From NCBI RefSeq assembly GCF_004010195.1, contig NC_057720.1:20993943-21057942 (forward strand): a DNA stretch of 64,000 nt. The letters are read 5' to 3'. Source of the DNA: Chiloscyllium plagiosum. Taxonomy: Eukaryota. This document shows positions 1 to 12,454 of the stretch, piece after piece; the first letter of the stretch is position 1, and the number at the start of each line of letters is the position of its first letter. Under the pieces are notes generated by a model. That model worked only from the letters and a program-made list of their open reading frames with translations, was not told where the DNA came from and did no database searches. The position numbers and the translations under genes are program-made.

Positions 1-590
1 GTCTGATCTTCACTTTTTCTTGTCACTACACATATTATTTTGATGAAAGGCAACAAAATCAATGAATGTGAGTAACTGAAATGGATGAAGAAGTGCTGCT
101 GGACCTGCTCCTTGGGGGAAATAAAATCAATGATTTCATATTTAAAAAGTTATCTTCCTGCTTTTGCCTTCACTTTTTGACTCCGCCTTCCCCATTTTCC
201 AGCAAGCCTTCAGCATTCTCTGCTGTGGTCTTTCTAGCAATGGTGATATGCAGGGGCTGAGAGAATAATTTACACAGCAATAATGAACTGACTTCAAAGT
301 GGAAATGCTGTTCCCAAGATATTAATTGTTTTGCTGCTTCTTAAATGGTGGACGTCACAAAATGGGCTGAACGAAGACTTTAAGAAATAGCAACAGGTCT
401 GGTCCATTTGACCAATGAGGCATGCTCTGCCATTCAATGTTCATAGCTGATCCACTGAATTGCTGCAATGCATCTTGTGAACGTTGCATATTGCAACTAA
501 AGCATTCTTGTGATATATATGAATATTGAGAACAGCAAGGAAGCTAACTTTTCTCTTCCATAATAAGCTTCCAAAACATCATTGAGGCTA
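1..590. repeat. Left arm of a long near-perfect inverted duplication (runs off the window start)
   Basis: 1-590 is the reverse complement of 1288-1878 (e.g. gtctgatcttcactttttct vs agaaaaagtgaaagatcagac). I saw one indel and one mismatch at the arm ends. Confidence 0.95.
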
Positions 591-1287
591 CATCACAAGA
601 GGGCCCTAGTTCCTTGGTTGGTGTTAATACACATATCTGGAGCAAATGGGGGTTGAACCTCCACTTCCTGTTCCAGGGGTAGGAACACTACCTCGGAGCC
701 CAAGTTCCTCTGGATACTGTCTTTATGCCAATCATGTCCATCGGTTTCATCAATGACCTTCTTTCTGTGAGGAATCAGGAGCAACCTTCCAATTTGTGTA
801 TATTTGGTGCACAACCCATTCATTTGAAATTGTAGTACTTTAATTTTTTTTTGTTTGACTTAATGGGGACTGTTTGTGATTGGACTGTGTATCACCTTCC
901 GTGTTACTGTATCACCTCGCAGGCAGCTTACAGGGAATGTTGGTTAGGATTGAGGCGGTTTGCTGCTGACTCTACAGTGTTTATCTCCATGAATACCGTT
1001 CTGATAATGAAATTTGCTGGAATCTGGGTGACAGAGTTCAGGGCTCACCTAGCCTAGGACTGACCTTTTCCATTTCACTTTTCAGTGGTAACATTATCAC
1101 TGGATAATGCAAATGCAACATTCTGAGACCTCCATTAACTGGAAGTGTATTGGGCTAGCACAACAATGCCGTGTCAACAAGGTTAACGTAGTGGCTAGTT
1201 AACTAGCAATGGCTGACTCCCCTGATGCGTCAAAGCCTCTTCATCTATAATCTAATCAGCAATGTGATAGAGTGCTTGATAATTGCA

Positions 1288-1878
1288 TAGCCACAATGAT
1301 GTTTTGGAAGCTTATTATGGAAGAGAAAAGTTAGCTTCCTTGCTGTTCTCAATATTCATATATATCACAAGAATGCTTTAGTTGCAATATGCAACGTTCA
1401 CAAGATGCATTGCAGCAATTCAGTGGATCAGCTATGAACATTGAATGGCAGAGCATGCCTCATTGGTCAAATGGACCAGACCTGTTGCTATTTCTTAAAG
1501 TCTTCGTTCAGCCCATTTTGTGACGTCCACCATTTAAGAAGCAGCAAAACAATTAATATCTTGGGAACAGCATTTCCACTTTGAAGTCAGTTCATTATTG
1601 CTGTGTAAATTATTCTCTCAGCCCCTGCATATCACCATTGCTAGAAAGACCACAGCAGAGAATGCTGAAGGCTTGCTGGAAAATGGGGAAGGCGGAGTCA
1701 AAAAGTGAAGGCAAAAGCAGGAAGATAACTTTTTAAATATGAAATCATTGATTTTATTTCCCCCAAGGAGCAGGTCCAGCAGCACTTCTTCATCCATTTC
1801 AGTTACTCACATTCATTGATTTTGTTGCCTTTCATCAAAATAATATGTGTAGTGACAAGAAAAAGTGAAAGATCAGAC
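1288..1878. repeat. Right arm of the inverted duplication (probably the native copy)
   Basis: Reverse complement of 1-590. Its left boundary lies inside an apparently continuous old LINE fragment (~1210-1345). Confidence 0.95.
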
Positions 1879-2129
1879 AATGATCTGACTGGATCTACCT
1901 TTACCAATTTCAAAGGAGTCGAGGAACCCATTGTTAACAGAAATTGTTTGCAAATCTGAATGGCTTGAATGTGTTCTTTGAATGCCAATTTGACTTGATA
2001 GCAAATTAGTCAGTGTGGTCCTCCTAAGCACATGGTCAAGTCAGAGTAATTCCTATATTTCTGGCCCAACATTATAGCAAGGTTTCTGAATATTCCTCAT
2101 CCTCAGACTCCTACTGGTCTTGAATAAAG

Positions 2130-2860
2130 AAGAAAGAAAACCTTTCATTTATATCATGCATTTCATGATTACTGAAATTCTCAAGTACTTTACATCCAAT
2201 GAAATACTTTAGAAGTATAGCCACTGTTTATCTTTAATTCATTCATGCACTGAGGGCAAGGTCAGCATTTATTGTTCATCCCAGCGGGCAGTTAAGAGTC
2301 AACCACATTGCTTTAGGTCTGGAGTCATGTGTAGTCCAGAGCAGGTAAGGATGGCAGTTTCCTTCTCTAAAGGACATTAGTGAACCAGGTGGGTTTTTCC
2401 TGACCATCATCATGGTCATCATTAGACTCATAATTTCAGATTTTCATTCTGTCATGGTGGGATTTGAACCCAGATCCAAGGAACATGACCTGGGTCTCTG
2501 GATTTACAGTCCAGCAATAATGCTACTCGGCCATTGCCTCCCCTGTTGGAATGTAGGAAATGTGGCAACCAATTTGTGCAAAGCAAGCTCCGACAAACAA
2601 TATTGTGATGATAACTAGGTAACTTACAGTGCTTATCAATGGATTGGGCAGGAGACCAGGGCTAACTCCTTACTCTTCTTCAAAATAGTGCCAAGGGACT
2701 TTTTATTTTTAAATCATATCCCCTCTTTTAAGGTCTCATCCAAAAGATGGAACTGTGACAGTGCAACATTCCCTCCATACTGCACTGGTGCATCAGCCTT
2801 GATTTTTTACACTCAAGTTCCGAAGTGGAACTTGAACATCCTTATGTCCAAGTGCTGCTA
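2130..2860 (-). mobile_element. DeuSINE (SacSINE1-like) SINE, split by a nested SINE
   Basis: The reverse strand carries Deu-domain-like blocks (gcagtatggagggaatgttgcactgtc...ttggatgagacc; gcactattttgaagaagag), a tRNA-like head near 2820-2860 and a tail at 2130-2228. Confidence 0.65.
2229..2542 (-). mobile_element. tRNA-derived SINE (family B) nested in the DeuSINE
   Basis: The minus strand begins gggaggcaatggccgagtag...gggttcaaatccc (A/B boxes). It is flanked by a CTGTT direct repeat (2224-2228, 2543-2547). Related copies lie at 29441-29656 and 49179-49365. Confidence 0.7.
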
Positions 2861-4459
2861 AATTATTATCAGATAACGCCATCACACTATTGCACAAGGG
2901 TATAGTTGACATCTTGGTCCAAGATTCTCAGATGGTAAGAAAAGCAAAAGGATGCTATCATTGGGACAAAAAGATTTTGGTGGGTGTGCAAAGGTGGAGA
3001 AAACTTCCATCCTCCTCAATTTTTTTTTTGAGGCAATAACAACTGGTTGTTGCCTCCTCTTCAATGCTGTAATTAATGGGTGTTTTCAGAATTGAACGAT
3101 GTTAAATATCAATGTCATTTTCTGGAGGCTGCTAATTTTTCATCTGAGAAACAAACAGCAACCAAATCATTGCAAGCAATTATTAATGTAATTGGATGTT
3201 AAATTGTGCATTTTTACTAATAACATGATCAAAAACTGTCAGCCATGATATTGCCTGCTGTGCTGTAATCTGTAAATATACGTTCATTTGCAGACAGTCA
3301 GCTCTATGGGTTTCTAACTAGATCTACCGTGATGTAAAAGTTTAAAACCTGTCAGAGAGCATCTAGAGATTGATGCTAATCACCGTCAGTGTTATATCTG
3401 ACTCTAACCTCCACATCAGAGGGACTGTGATTAAAACTTTGCAGGAATTCTTGATTGCGTTTTTACATCAGCTCTTATGACAATGGAGTTCTGATTCTTA
3501 AAATATGCTGCAAATATTGTCATTGTGCTGTTCACAAAATATGTTGATAATTTAGAGGAACTAACTGTTTCACCTCCAAATTTGCAGCAAAGCTGGGTGA
3601 GAGGGTGAATTATGAGGTAGATGAAGAGATGCTTTAGTTTAATTTGGACAAGTTGAGCAAGCAGGTAAATAGATGGCGGATGCCATGTGGATAAATGTGA
3701 GGTTATCCATTTTTTGGCAGCAAAAGCAAAGGCAGATTATTTTCTGATTAGCAATTAGATTGGGGAAGACCTGGGTATCCTTGTACAGTTGCTGAAGCTG
3801 TTCCCTCGTTTCCCACAAAGATCTGGGAAGCACCTGATCCTAGTAACTGCAAGATGAAAAGTTTGAGTAAAGCTTTCCTTTAGTAATATTTCTTTGTGTT
3901 CACTTTGGCCCTATGCATAAGCCCTGGATCCAGTATGGTTTCTCAACTTGCCCCACACCACCATGAAAGATTTATTTCCATATATTCTTGGGTATTTATT
4001 TCCTGCAGCCTTTTTAGAATTGTACTGATTTTTATATTCTTTGTTCTTCTACTTCACATTTCTCTGCATTTCTCTATCCACCCACTCTGCTGGCTTCTGT
4101 CTTCTTGAAGTCTATCACTGTCTTCTCCAATTTGATAAGACTAACAAAGTTTATCATCTGCAAATTTTGAAATTGGCTTTGAACAGTCAGAAGTCTAGGT
4201 CAACAAAATAGATTGGGGAAAAGAAGGGCTCTTACTACCATTCCTGGAAATGTATCCAAGTGGTATTTAATACCATTCCTACTGCAAATGTAATCTTCAT
4301 CCAGTCCAAAAAAACATATTTACTATTACTGATTCCTGTCACTGAGCCACTTTTTTTCCATGCTGCCATTTTTCCTTTAAGTTCATCTGGTTGAGCCTTT
4401 TTAAGCCTGTTGTGGCACCACAGGTCAAGAGTTATATATGGGGGAAAGGCGATTACGAT

Positions 4460-6445
4460 GCGATTAGGCAAGATTTAGGATGCATAGGATGGGGAAGGAA
4501 ACTGCAGGGGACAGGCACAATTGAAATGTAGAGCTTCTTCAAGGAACAGCTACTGTGGGTCCTTGTTAAGTATGTACCTGTCAGGCAGAGAGGAAGTTGT
4601 CGAGCGAGGGAGCAGTGGTTTACTAAGGAAGTTGAATCTCTTGTCAAGAGGAGGAAGAACACTTATGTTAGCATGAGATGTGAAGGCTCAGTTATGGCAC
4701 TTGAAGTTACAAGTTAGCCAGGAAGGACCGAAAGAAAAATTTAAGAAGAACCAGAGGGGACATGAGATGTTGTTGGCAGATAGGATCAAAGAAACGCTAA
4801 GGCTTTCCATAAGTAATCATAAATAAAATAATGACTAGAGAAAGATAATCAAGGATAGTAGTGGAAAGTTGTGCGTGGAGTCAGAGGAGATTGGTGAAGC
4901 GCTAAATGAATATTTTTCATCAGTATTCACACTAGCAAAAGACAATGGTGTCAAGGAGAATACTGAGATACAGGCTACTAGATTAGAGGTTCACAAGGAG
5001 GAGGTGTTAGCAATTCTGGAAAGTGTAAAAATAGATAAGACCACTGGGCTGGATGGGATTTATCCCAGGATTCCCTGGGAAGCCGGGGAGGAGATTGCCA
5101 AGCATTTGGCTTTGATCTTTATGTCGTCATTGACTGCAGGAATAATGCCAGAAGACAGGAGGATAGTAAATGTTGTCCCGTTGTTCAAGAAGGGGAGTAG
5201 AGATAACCCTGGTAATTGTAGACCAGTTGAGCCTTACTTCAGTTATGGGTAAAGTGTTATAAGAGAATTTATAATCATCTAGAAAGGAATGATTTCATAA
5301 GGGATAGTCAACACTTTGTGAAGTTGTAGGTCGTGATTTGGTGTATCAGGATTTCAGTAAGGTGTTTGATAAAGTTCCCCAGGCTGTTGGACAAAATACG
5401 GAGACATGGGATTGAGGGTGATTTGGCGGTTCGGATCAGAAATTGGCTAGCTGAAAGAAGTCAGATGGTGGTGATTGATGGCACACGTTCCTCCTGGAGT
5501 TCAGTTACTACTGGTGTACCACAAGGATGTCCACTGCTGTTTGTCATTTTTATAAATGACCTGGATGAAGGCATAGATGGAAGGATTAGCAAATTTGTGG
5601 ATGACACTAAGGTCTGTAGAGTTGTGGATAGTGCAGAAGGATGTTGCACGTTGCAGAGGGACATATATAAGCTACAGAGCTGGGCTGAGAGGTGACAGAT
5701 TGAGTTTAATGCAGAAAAGTGTGAAGTGATTCACTTTGGAAGGAGCAACAGGAATGCAGAGTACTGGGCTAGTGGTAAGATTCTTGGTAGCGTAGATGAG
5801 CAAAGGGATCTAGGTGTCCGTGTATATAGATCCCTGAAAGTTGCCACCCAGGTTGATAGGGTTGTTAAGAAAACAAACGGTGTGTTAGCTTTTATTGGTA
5901 GAGGGATTGAGTTTCTGAAGTCATGCTGCAGCTGTACAAAATTCTGGTGCGGCCTCATTTGAAGTATTGCATACACGACATTATAGGAAGGATGTGGAAG
6001 CTTCGGAAAGGGTTCAGAGGAAATTTACTAGGTTGTTGCCTGGTAAGGAGGGAAGGTCTTCAGAGGAAAGGCTGAGGGACTTGAGGCTGTTTTCATTAAA
6101 GAGAAGACGGTGACTTGAGAAGTATAAAATAATCAGAGGGTTAGATAGGGTGGACAGTGAGAGGCTTTTTCCTTGGATGGTGATGGCTAGCACAAGGGGC
6201 ATAGCTTTAAATTGAGGGATAACAGATATTGGACAGATGTCAGAGGTACTTTCTTTGCTCAGTGTAGTAGGGGCATGGAACGCATTGCCTGCAAAAGTAG
6301 TAGACTCGCCAATTTTAAGGGCATTTAAGTGGTCATTGGATAAACATATGGATGAAAATGGAATAGTGTAGATTAGATGGGCTTCAGATTAGTTTCACAG
6401 GTCGACACAATATCGAAGGCCGAAGGGTGTAACATTCAGTGTTCT
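4460..6445 (+). mobile_element. CR1-type LINE, 5' truncated, degenerate ORF2 (RT)
   Basis: ORF fragments 4869-5252, 5333-5695 and 5726-5962 contain CR1 RT motifs (GLDGIYPR, VVPLFKKG, GVPQG, KFVDDTK). The 3' UTR ends near gaaggccgaagg...gttcta. Confidence 0.9.
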
Positions 6446-7611
6446 ACCTCGTCAAACACTTTCTGAAGTCCATGCACACCAACATCAATGTCAAACTCCA
6501 AGAAAGTTTAAATATAACATGCCATTAATAAGTCTGTGCTGATATATATTACAATTTTTCCAAATTAGTTAGTTTTGTCCCAGATTATCATTCTGAAAAC
6601 TCTCACGTCTGAAGTTAATTAACTCACCAAAGATTTAGAGGTTATCAGTATAGGCTTTGCATTTGTCCTCTGGCCCCATTCGTATATGCAAGAATGAATT
6701 TAAGATTAAGGCTCATACTTCCACAATTTTCCTTCTTATTTCCTTGAGTATCCTTAGATGTATCTCATTTCGCCCAGCTGATGTACCCATTGGGAGTGTA
6801 GCCAGCATACCCAAACCTAAATGATTGAGATCAAGAAAAGTCCGGTCAATGATTCGGTGATTATGTCAGCTGTCAGATTCTTCTTATATGGAGTCCAATT
6901 ACCTTTTTCACTTCCCCTCTATATTAAATCAAAATATTGTCTTAGCACGGAATTCAAGAAACACATTCTGTGATTTATATTTCCAGACAGAAATCACATG
7001 CTAGGATCTAAGCCTCAAGGTCTTCTGGTTCTGAACTTAACAGTTCAAGCTGATCTTGAAATAAATGATGCTAAATTATATTTACCCAAATTTATTTAGT
7101 AGTTAGCAAGTTTCCATTCAACACATTTGCAAAGGACTGTACATCATTAATAGATGTTTAAACATATATTATTTCATAAGCTGAATGAAGTACCTATCCA
7201 AGTAAATGGATTAAAAATGAAGCACCTCGGAACGTGCAGATAATCCCAGTCTCTGAACCAGCAAATTAAGGTTATTGCTATAGTTTCCCAACATCAAACT
7301 TTAAATTTCACCATCCAATCCTATTAGGGCAGGATAGCAGGTCATATGCCTCTAGAGACACCTGACAATTGTTATTAACTACGGAACAGATTGCTGAATG
7401 AGATCATCAGGGGAAAAAGAAAAATTAAATATTGTGTCTCAGTGATTCAATTAACTTTTCCTCTGGTGGAATTAAACCAACCGGTCACTGGATGGGAATT
7501 ATGACTGCAGCATTGAGTTTACTAAAGCCATGCACTTCTGTTAACAAATCCGACATACCAGCAGATTGCATATGCTTCTGCCAGCGCTGGGTCTTGAATG
7601 TTTAGTTCGTT

Positions 7612-8170
7612 TAGGAGTTCTTGAATTGCTAGTCATTGTACTGGAGCAGGGATGACTTACTGCAATTATACAGGTCTCTGTGGGACCAAACCTGGAATAT
7701 CGTATACAGCTTTGTTCTCCTTATCTGAGGAAGGATGCTCTTGCTTCTGAGGGAGTGCAACAAGAGTCTCACAGACCGATACCTGTGCTGGCAGGATTGA
7801 TCTATGAGGAGAGGTTTAATTGACATGGATTATACTCACTGGAGTCCAGAAAAATGAGGGGAGAATCTTGTAGAAACCTGTCTAGTCTTGTTGGAATTTT
7901 ACAGGAAAAATGCAGGAAACACATTCCTGATGATGGGGAGTCCAAAAACAGGAGTCACAGTCTGAACAGGTACAGGGTAAACCAATTTGGACCTTGGCTG
8001 GAGAAATTTCTTCTCACCGAAGAGTGGTGACCTTTTGGAATGTACTCCCACAGAAAACAATTGGGAAAAGTAGCTGGGAACATGCTATTGATTAGGATGG
8101 TCACCTAAGATCATAAATGGTGGAGCAGGCTCAAAGGGCTAACTGGCCTACTCCTATTTTCTATGTTTTT
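7612..8170 (+). mobile_element. Old CR1-type LINE 3' fragment
   Basis: Degenerate ORF2 C-terminal sequence, plus a 3' UTR (ggtggagcaggctcaaagggct...ctactcctattttctatg) like that at 27290-27345. Confidence 0.75.
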
Positions 8171-8495
8171 ATTCCCAAATTATATTTTCCATGCCACCTT
8201 TGGAATTCTGTCCCAGCTGATGTTATCCAAAAATCCTACTTCCTGCATGTAAATAATTTAATATTAGAATTGTAAATGAATGGGTTTCTGGCTGGTAATG
8301 CAGTAGTGTTGCCAGCAGCCAATCAAATCAGCTGTGTGAGGGTTCCATCTTTCTTTCAATGCCATGCTTTCTCATCATTACACTTTTAAGAGTTCTGGCT
8401 TCTGACATGATGGGTGGAGGAAGGTCATACTTGGAAAAAGAGGCAGGAGAACCTTAGTATTTTGATGAATCACTCTGGGTCAGCAAAGTTGTCGC

Positions 8496-9191
8496 TGTAG
8501 TGATTGGAACGAGGTCAGCCAGGTGGACCTCATACAATAAGTTCCCTGATTGGAGCAGTTACTCTGGTCTGATCAGGGAGTTCTGGCTGACAATGTCAGG
8601 GGTTCTGATCACTCTCGAGGAGCTGGCTCTGAGAGAGCTAGGTATGTAAATAAAGAGTGACTTAGCGTCGTCGAAATGTACAACATGGAAACAGATTCTT
8701 TGGTCCAACTCCTCCATGCCGACCAGATACCCTAAGTTAATCTAGTTCCATTTGCCAGTATTTGGCTCATATCCCACCACACCCTTCCTATTTGTGTACC
8801 TATTCAGATACCTTTTTAATGTTGTAATTGTACCAGCCACCACCACCACCTCTGGCAGCTCTTTCCATGCACCACCCTCTGTGTGAAAAAGTTACCCTGT
8901 AGGCCACTTTTTAAATCTTTCCTCTTTCACCTTATTCCTATGTCCTCTAGCTTTGGACTCCCCTACACTGGGAAAAACAGACCTTGTCTATTTATCCTAT
9001 CCATGCCCCTCATGATTTTATAAACCTCAATAAGGTCACCCCTCAGCCTCTGAGGTTCCAGGGAAAATAGCCCCTGCCTATTCAGCCTCTTCCTGTAGCT
9101 CAAGCCCTCCAATCCCGGCAACATCCTTGTAAATCTTTTCTGAATCCTCTCAAGATTTTGATGGGATACTAGCCTTCGTGCAGTTATTTCA
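8496..9191 (+). mobile_element. Solo LTR (LTR-retroelement type) interrupted by a CR1 fragment
   Basis: Begins TGTAGTGATTG (8496) and ends GTTATTTCA (9191). Internal AATAAA at ~8649. Imperfect 5-bp flanks GTCGC/GTCAT. The LTR sequence resumes at tgatgggatac (9159) after the inserted LINE. Confidence 0.6.
8670..9152 (-). mobile_element. CR1-type LINE 3' fragment inserted in the solo LTR
   Basis: Minus ORF 8963-9196 reads LERIQKRFTRMLPGL...LRGDLIEVYKIM, and the CR1 3' UTR is present. Confidence 0.9.
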
Positions 9192-9221
9192 GTCATGTAA
9201 CCTGGTTGTCAATTTATATTA

Positions 9222-9310
9222 ACCACCTGATGAAGGAGCAGCGCTCTGAAAGCTAGTGCTTCCAATTAAACCTGTTGGAGTATAACCTGGTGTTGTGTGA
9301 TTTTTAACTA
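9222..9310 (+). mobile_element. Penelope-like terminal-repeat fragment with minimal hammerhead-ribozyme motif
   Basis: CAC-CTGATGA(9227-9233)-A-GGAGC-AGC-GCTCT-GAAA(9248-9251)-GCTA-GTG. Confidence 0.65.
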
Positions 9311-9409
9311 TATTTAAATTGTCTTTGATTAGAATGCAAATGCAGGGATGGTATTTTCACTGTGATGTTACTTTGGAAGTATTACTGATCATTGCCCTTT
9401 GCTTTTCAG

Positions 9410-9725
9410 GTGGTTTTTTGAAGCATTAGGTTATCCAAAAACTTCCTTGCCAAACATTATTAATGGGTTTCTGATGACGGTGGTATTCTTTCTGGTGAGA
9501 ATTGCTGTAATGCCTCCATACTATAGCAAAATGATTTACACGTTTGGAACAGAGGCCTTTTACAAGCTTGGACTGCGAGCACAATTTGCTTGGATTGCTG
9601 CCAGCCTTTGCCTAGATGTTATGAATATAATGTGGATGTACAAGATTGGAAGGGGATGCTACAAAGTCTTGCTTGCCTGCAAGAAGCAGCAAGCAGACAT
9701 TCAGAAAAATGGAAAACAACATTAG
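9410..9725 (+). CDS. TLCD4: Last coding exon of a TLC-domain protein 4 (TMEM56)-like gene; upstream exons lie outside the window
   Basis: Acceptor ctttgcttttcag|G at 9409/9410. Translation WFFEALGYPKTSLPNIINGFLMTVVFFLVRIAVMPPYY...LDVMNIMWMYKIGRGCYKVL...QKNGKQH* closely resembles the C-terminus of vertebrate TLCD4/TMEM56. Stop TAG at 9723-9725. Orthologue vs paralogue is unresolved. Confidence 0.9.
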
Positions 9726-11886
9726 AGATTTGCTTTGCTTGTTAGAATTTTATTTTAAAACTCAGCATTCATGATGGTGTTTCATACACAACAGTGGAAC
9801 CTTAGCCACAAACTAACGATATACTGTATTGCACTAAAGATTTGATTCATTATGCAAATGAAGATGACCATTGAATTTTGGAACCTATAAATCTACAACA
9901 TTTACGATGTTGCAACAGTGTCATATGTAAATGATACGTGCACTGAACAGCAATCCCCTTGCTTATTTATACTCATACAAGTAGAAGCTCTCAAACTGCA
10001 TCAAGGTAAAATCCAACTTTGAGGAATTTATATTTTAGGTTTTGCATTTTGGAATACAATGCTTTGAATGCCATATGCAATTGTAGACCTGCATCAAGAG
10101 CTTTCATTGCCATGAAGGAAGTTGTTTTTGCTCATCTGAACTGCAAATAACAAATTCCTCTTCACTGAAAACTAACAAGAATAATTCACATTTATAGAGT
10201 GCCTTTGACATAGGAAGAAATCCCAAGGAAGCGAGACATATTGAAAACAGTTGCTCCTATAGGATTGGAAGATCACTTTATTTGCATGCATAAGTAGTTC
10301 TAAAACATAACTTATTTGGTTTTAATATTTAAATTATCATTTTTTATATATAGAAAAAATATTAGTATGATTTTTGATTAAGAAGTCATCACATGATGTG
10401 TTGTCTGGTTGAACTTATGGTACAAAAGAGGTTACCTAATCTTTGCTGTCTTAGGAATCCTTAACTGTAACCAACTAGGCACGTAGTTGAAATTTGTTTC
10501 TGTTGAATCTAAAAATATATTTATGCAGATTAATTCAGAATACTTTCAGCAAGTAATCAGTGCTATGTGATTTTATAATTTAATCTTGTACAATCGTTAG
10601 TGAAGTGATTGCAAATTGTCATAGCTTTGGGTTTTGATTGAGTAATTTTAATTTGTAAATCTACTTGTGTAGAATTGTATATATGAGTTTAATTGATTTT
10701 TCAATTCTGTACTATGTAGGAGAATGTAACAGCCATTAAGATCTTAATTTCACATGAGGTAGATGGAATTATATGGTTTGTTTTTTTTTAAGAAAAATCT
10801 AGCAATAATGTCCGGTGTATGGTTTTTATCACGTTCTTTAATGATTTCATTTGTGTTGACCTACACACCTTAATTTAATCATTATCTTAAAGTCCTCCAA
10901 CATAACATTATTTCCATGTTCGCAATGTAGAATTAATATTGAAGTGTTCTGTGTGATGCTGCTTTATTCTGTAAGCTAATTCTAACTTTATACGCTTTTT
11001 GTTGTATGATGATTGCTTCATTAGCTCACCAGGACTTGGAAAATTGACTAATTGAACCGTCTCCACAATACTAGGTCTCTTGATCTCAAAACACTTCTGA
11101 GAGCAGTTATGTTAACTGAATGCTTTAGATGGAACCCAATGGTATGACTTATTCAAGCTTAATTGTTTGAGAAGTTCAATGGAGAAAGTTGGATAAAATT
11201 GATATATTACTGTATTAAGTGCGTATCTGAATTGAATATGTCTTTAATAGTACGCTTGATTCAGATGTCAGGTTGAAAAATTTTAACAGCGTCAAGTGAA
11301 CAGGTAAACAACTTGCCAGTCTTGGTATGCTTCTTTAATGCCCCTGAACTGAACCACCAGTTAGTTACATGGGTGAATAGTGTTGATGGAATTGTGTATT
11401 TGTATTTTGTGATCTTGCATGCATCTCAATTGTCACATTAGACTTTGTACATGGAGTACTTAAATACTAAAACTAAAAATATTGTAGTTTTCCTCTGAAT
11501 GTTTAACTTTGACCTAGAACAAGTTTTTGATGAATTGATCTCACCTGCTGTTCAAGCCTACTCATTTTGTTTCAGCATCTGCACAGTAATTCCAATTTAA
11601 CTTGTGTGACTTGGATCTTTAAAGTGTTAGTTGTGGTTTCTTAAAAACAATCTTAATTTTTTTCCCCCCGCACATCCAGTTATTTAGTTTGCTTGCATAT
11701 CTGGTTAGTGCTGCTTTCACCATTTAACTCTTAAAAGTCGGTTGGAGGGAAAAATTGCCTTAACATTTACTATTATTAAAGCATTGCAGTGCTATTTATT
11801 TAAACCAATTCACTCCTTCAAGTGTTAAGATGAAAAGGTCATTTTTAAAAATATCAGAATATCAGTGTCGAAAACAGATAGAACTG

Positions 11887-12197
11887 AGATTAGATTCCCC
11901 ACAGTGTGGAAACAGGCCCTTCGGCCCAACAAGTCCACACCGACCCTCTGAATAGTAACCCAGCTAGTCCCATTCCCTCTGACTAATGCACCTATCACTA
12001 TGGGTAATTTAGCATGGCCAATTTACCTCACCTGCACATCTTTGGATTGTGGGTGGAAACTGGAGCATCCAGAGAAAATTCACACAGACATGGAGAATGT
12101 GTAAACTCCACACAGACAGTCGCCTGAGGCTGGAATCAAACCTGGACCCTGGTGCTGTAAGGCAGCAGTGTTAACCACGGAGCCATCGTGCTGCCCC
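11887..12197 (-). mobile_element. HE1-like (V-SINE) SINE
   Basis: tRNA-like head, V-domain (tgtgtggagtttacacattctcc) and CR1-like tail ending in (aatct)n. Confidence 0.85.
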
Positions 12198-12279
12198 AGA
12201 AGCTTTGCAAAATATTCATACATCGCCTCATAGTTGAAAGCATTATTTTGTTTAGCCTATTTTCTTTTTAAATCAACCC

Positions 12280-12378
12280 GTTTAGTGATATGATTACACC
12301 TCTCTGGAACAGGTGGAACATGAACCCAGCCTCGCAGTCCAGGGGTAGGGACACTACCTCTGCATCACAAGAGCCCCT
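12280..12378 (-). mobile_element. Short tRNA-derived SINE (family C)
   Basis: Minus strand gggctcttgtgatgcagaggtagtgtccctacc...gggttca. Related copies at ~620-700, 30690-30787 and 58503-58600. Confidence 0.55.
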
Positions 12379-12382
12379 GGAT

Positions 12383-12454
12383 TGTTTCTGCCTGGTTCCG
12401 AACCAGGGCCTTTTGCGTGTAAAGCAAATGTGACAACTACAACATTATAGGAAT
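12383..12454 (-). pseudogene. Degenerate tRNA-Val(TAC)-derived sequence
   Basis: The minus strand, ttcctataatgttgtagttgtcacatttgctTTACacgcaaaaggccctggttcggaaccaggcagaaaca, aligns by eye with vertebrate tRNA-Val. The D-arm/A box is degraded. Confidence 0.65.

Noticed and set aside
1..9409. Search for upstream TLCD4 exons (e.g. a ...NFRL.AELS.PFVNQR-like exon)
   Set aside because: I found no such coding segment by eye; it presumably lies before the window.
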